From the NCBI GenBank assembly GCA_964106645.2, contig OZ067038.1: a stretch of DNA of 64,000 nt; one strand, given 5' to 3'. This DNA comes from Podarcis pityusensis. Taxonomy: Eukaryota. A program made the translations under genes and the position numbers. Positions 63,941 through 64,000 of the stretch are shown one piece after another. Position 1 is the first letter of the stretch; each line of letters begins with the position of its first letter. Under the pieces are notes generated by a model, which was not told the origin of the DNA, did not search any database, and saw only the letters and a list, made by a program, of their open reading frames with translations.

Positions 63941-64000
63941 AAGCGAATGGATGAATATGCCTGTAGTTCACGTCTCTTCCAGAGGCTCACTGTATGTGAA

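Overview
Vertebrate genomic DNA from a squamate reptile, probably a lacertid lizard (inferred from Sauria SINEs, BovB, CR1, L2, Penelope and hAT/Tigger MITEs). The window is repeat-rich and looks intronic or intergenic. I could not confidently identify any host protein-coding gene. The only long ORFs belong to retroelements: a 5'-truncated L1 ORF2 (29.97-32.94 kb), CR1 (58.9-59.8 kb) and BovB (36.7-37.1 kb). A CpG-rich segment at ~58.1-58.4 kb looks like a minus-strand promoter and first exon. The two strongest observations are: (1) a U5 snRNA/L1 chimeric insertion, in which U5 nt 1-44 sit antisense at the 5' end of the L1 inside one 16-bp target-site duplication (TSD), with microhomology suggesting twin priming on U5 RNA in trans; and (2) a young Penelope-like insertion forming a 350-bp-arm palindrome with a minimal hammerhead ribozyme on each strand. 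Other observations include nested transposons, solo LTRs, templated repair scars and a candidate spliced micro-ORF. Family names come from remembered consensus sequences, not database searches. Boundaries without a TSD are approximate.
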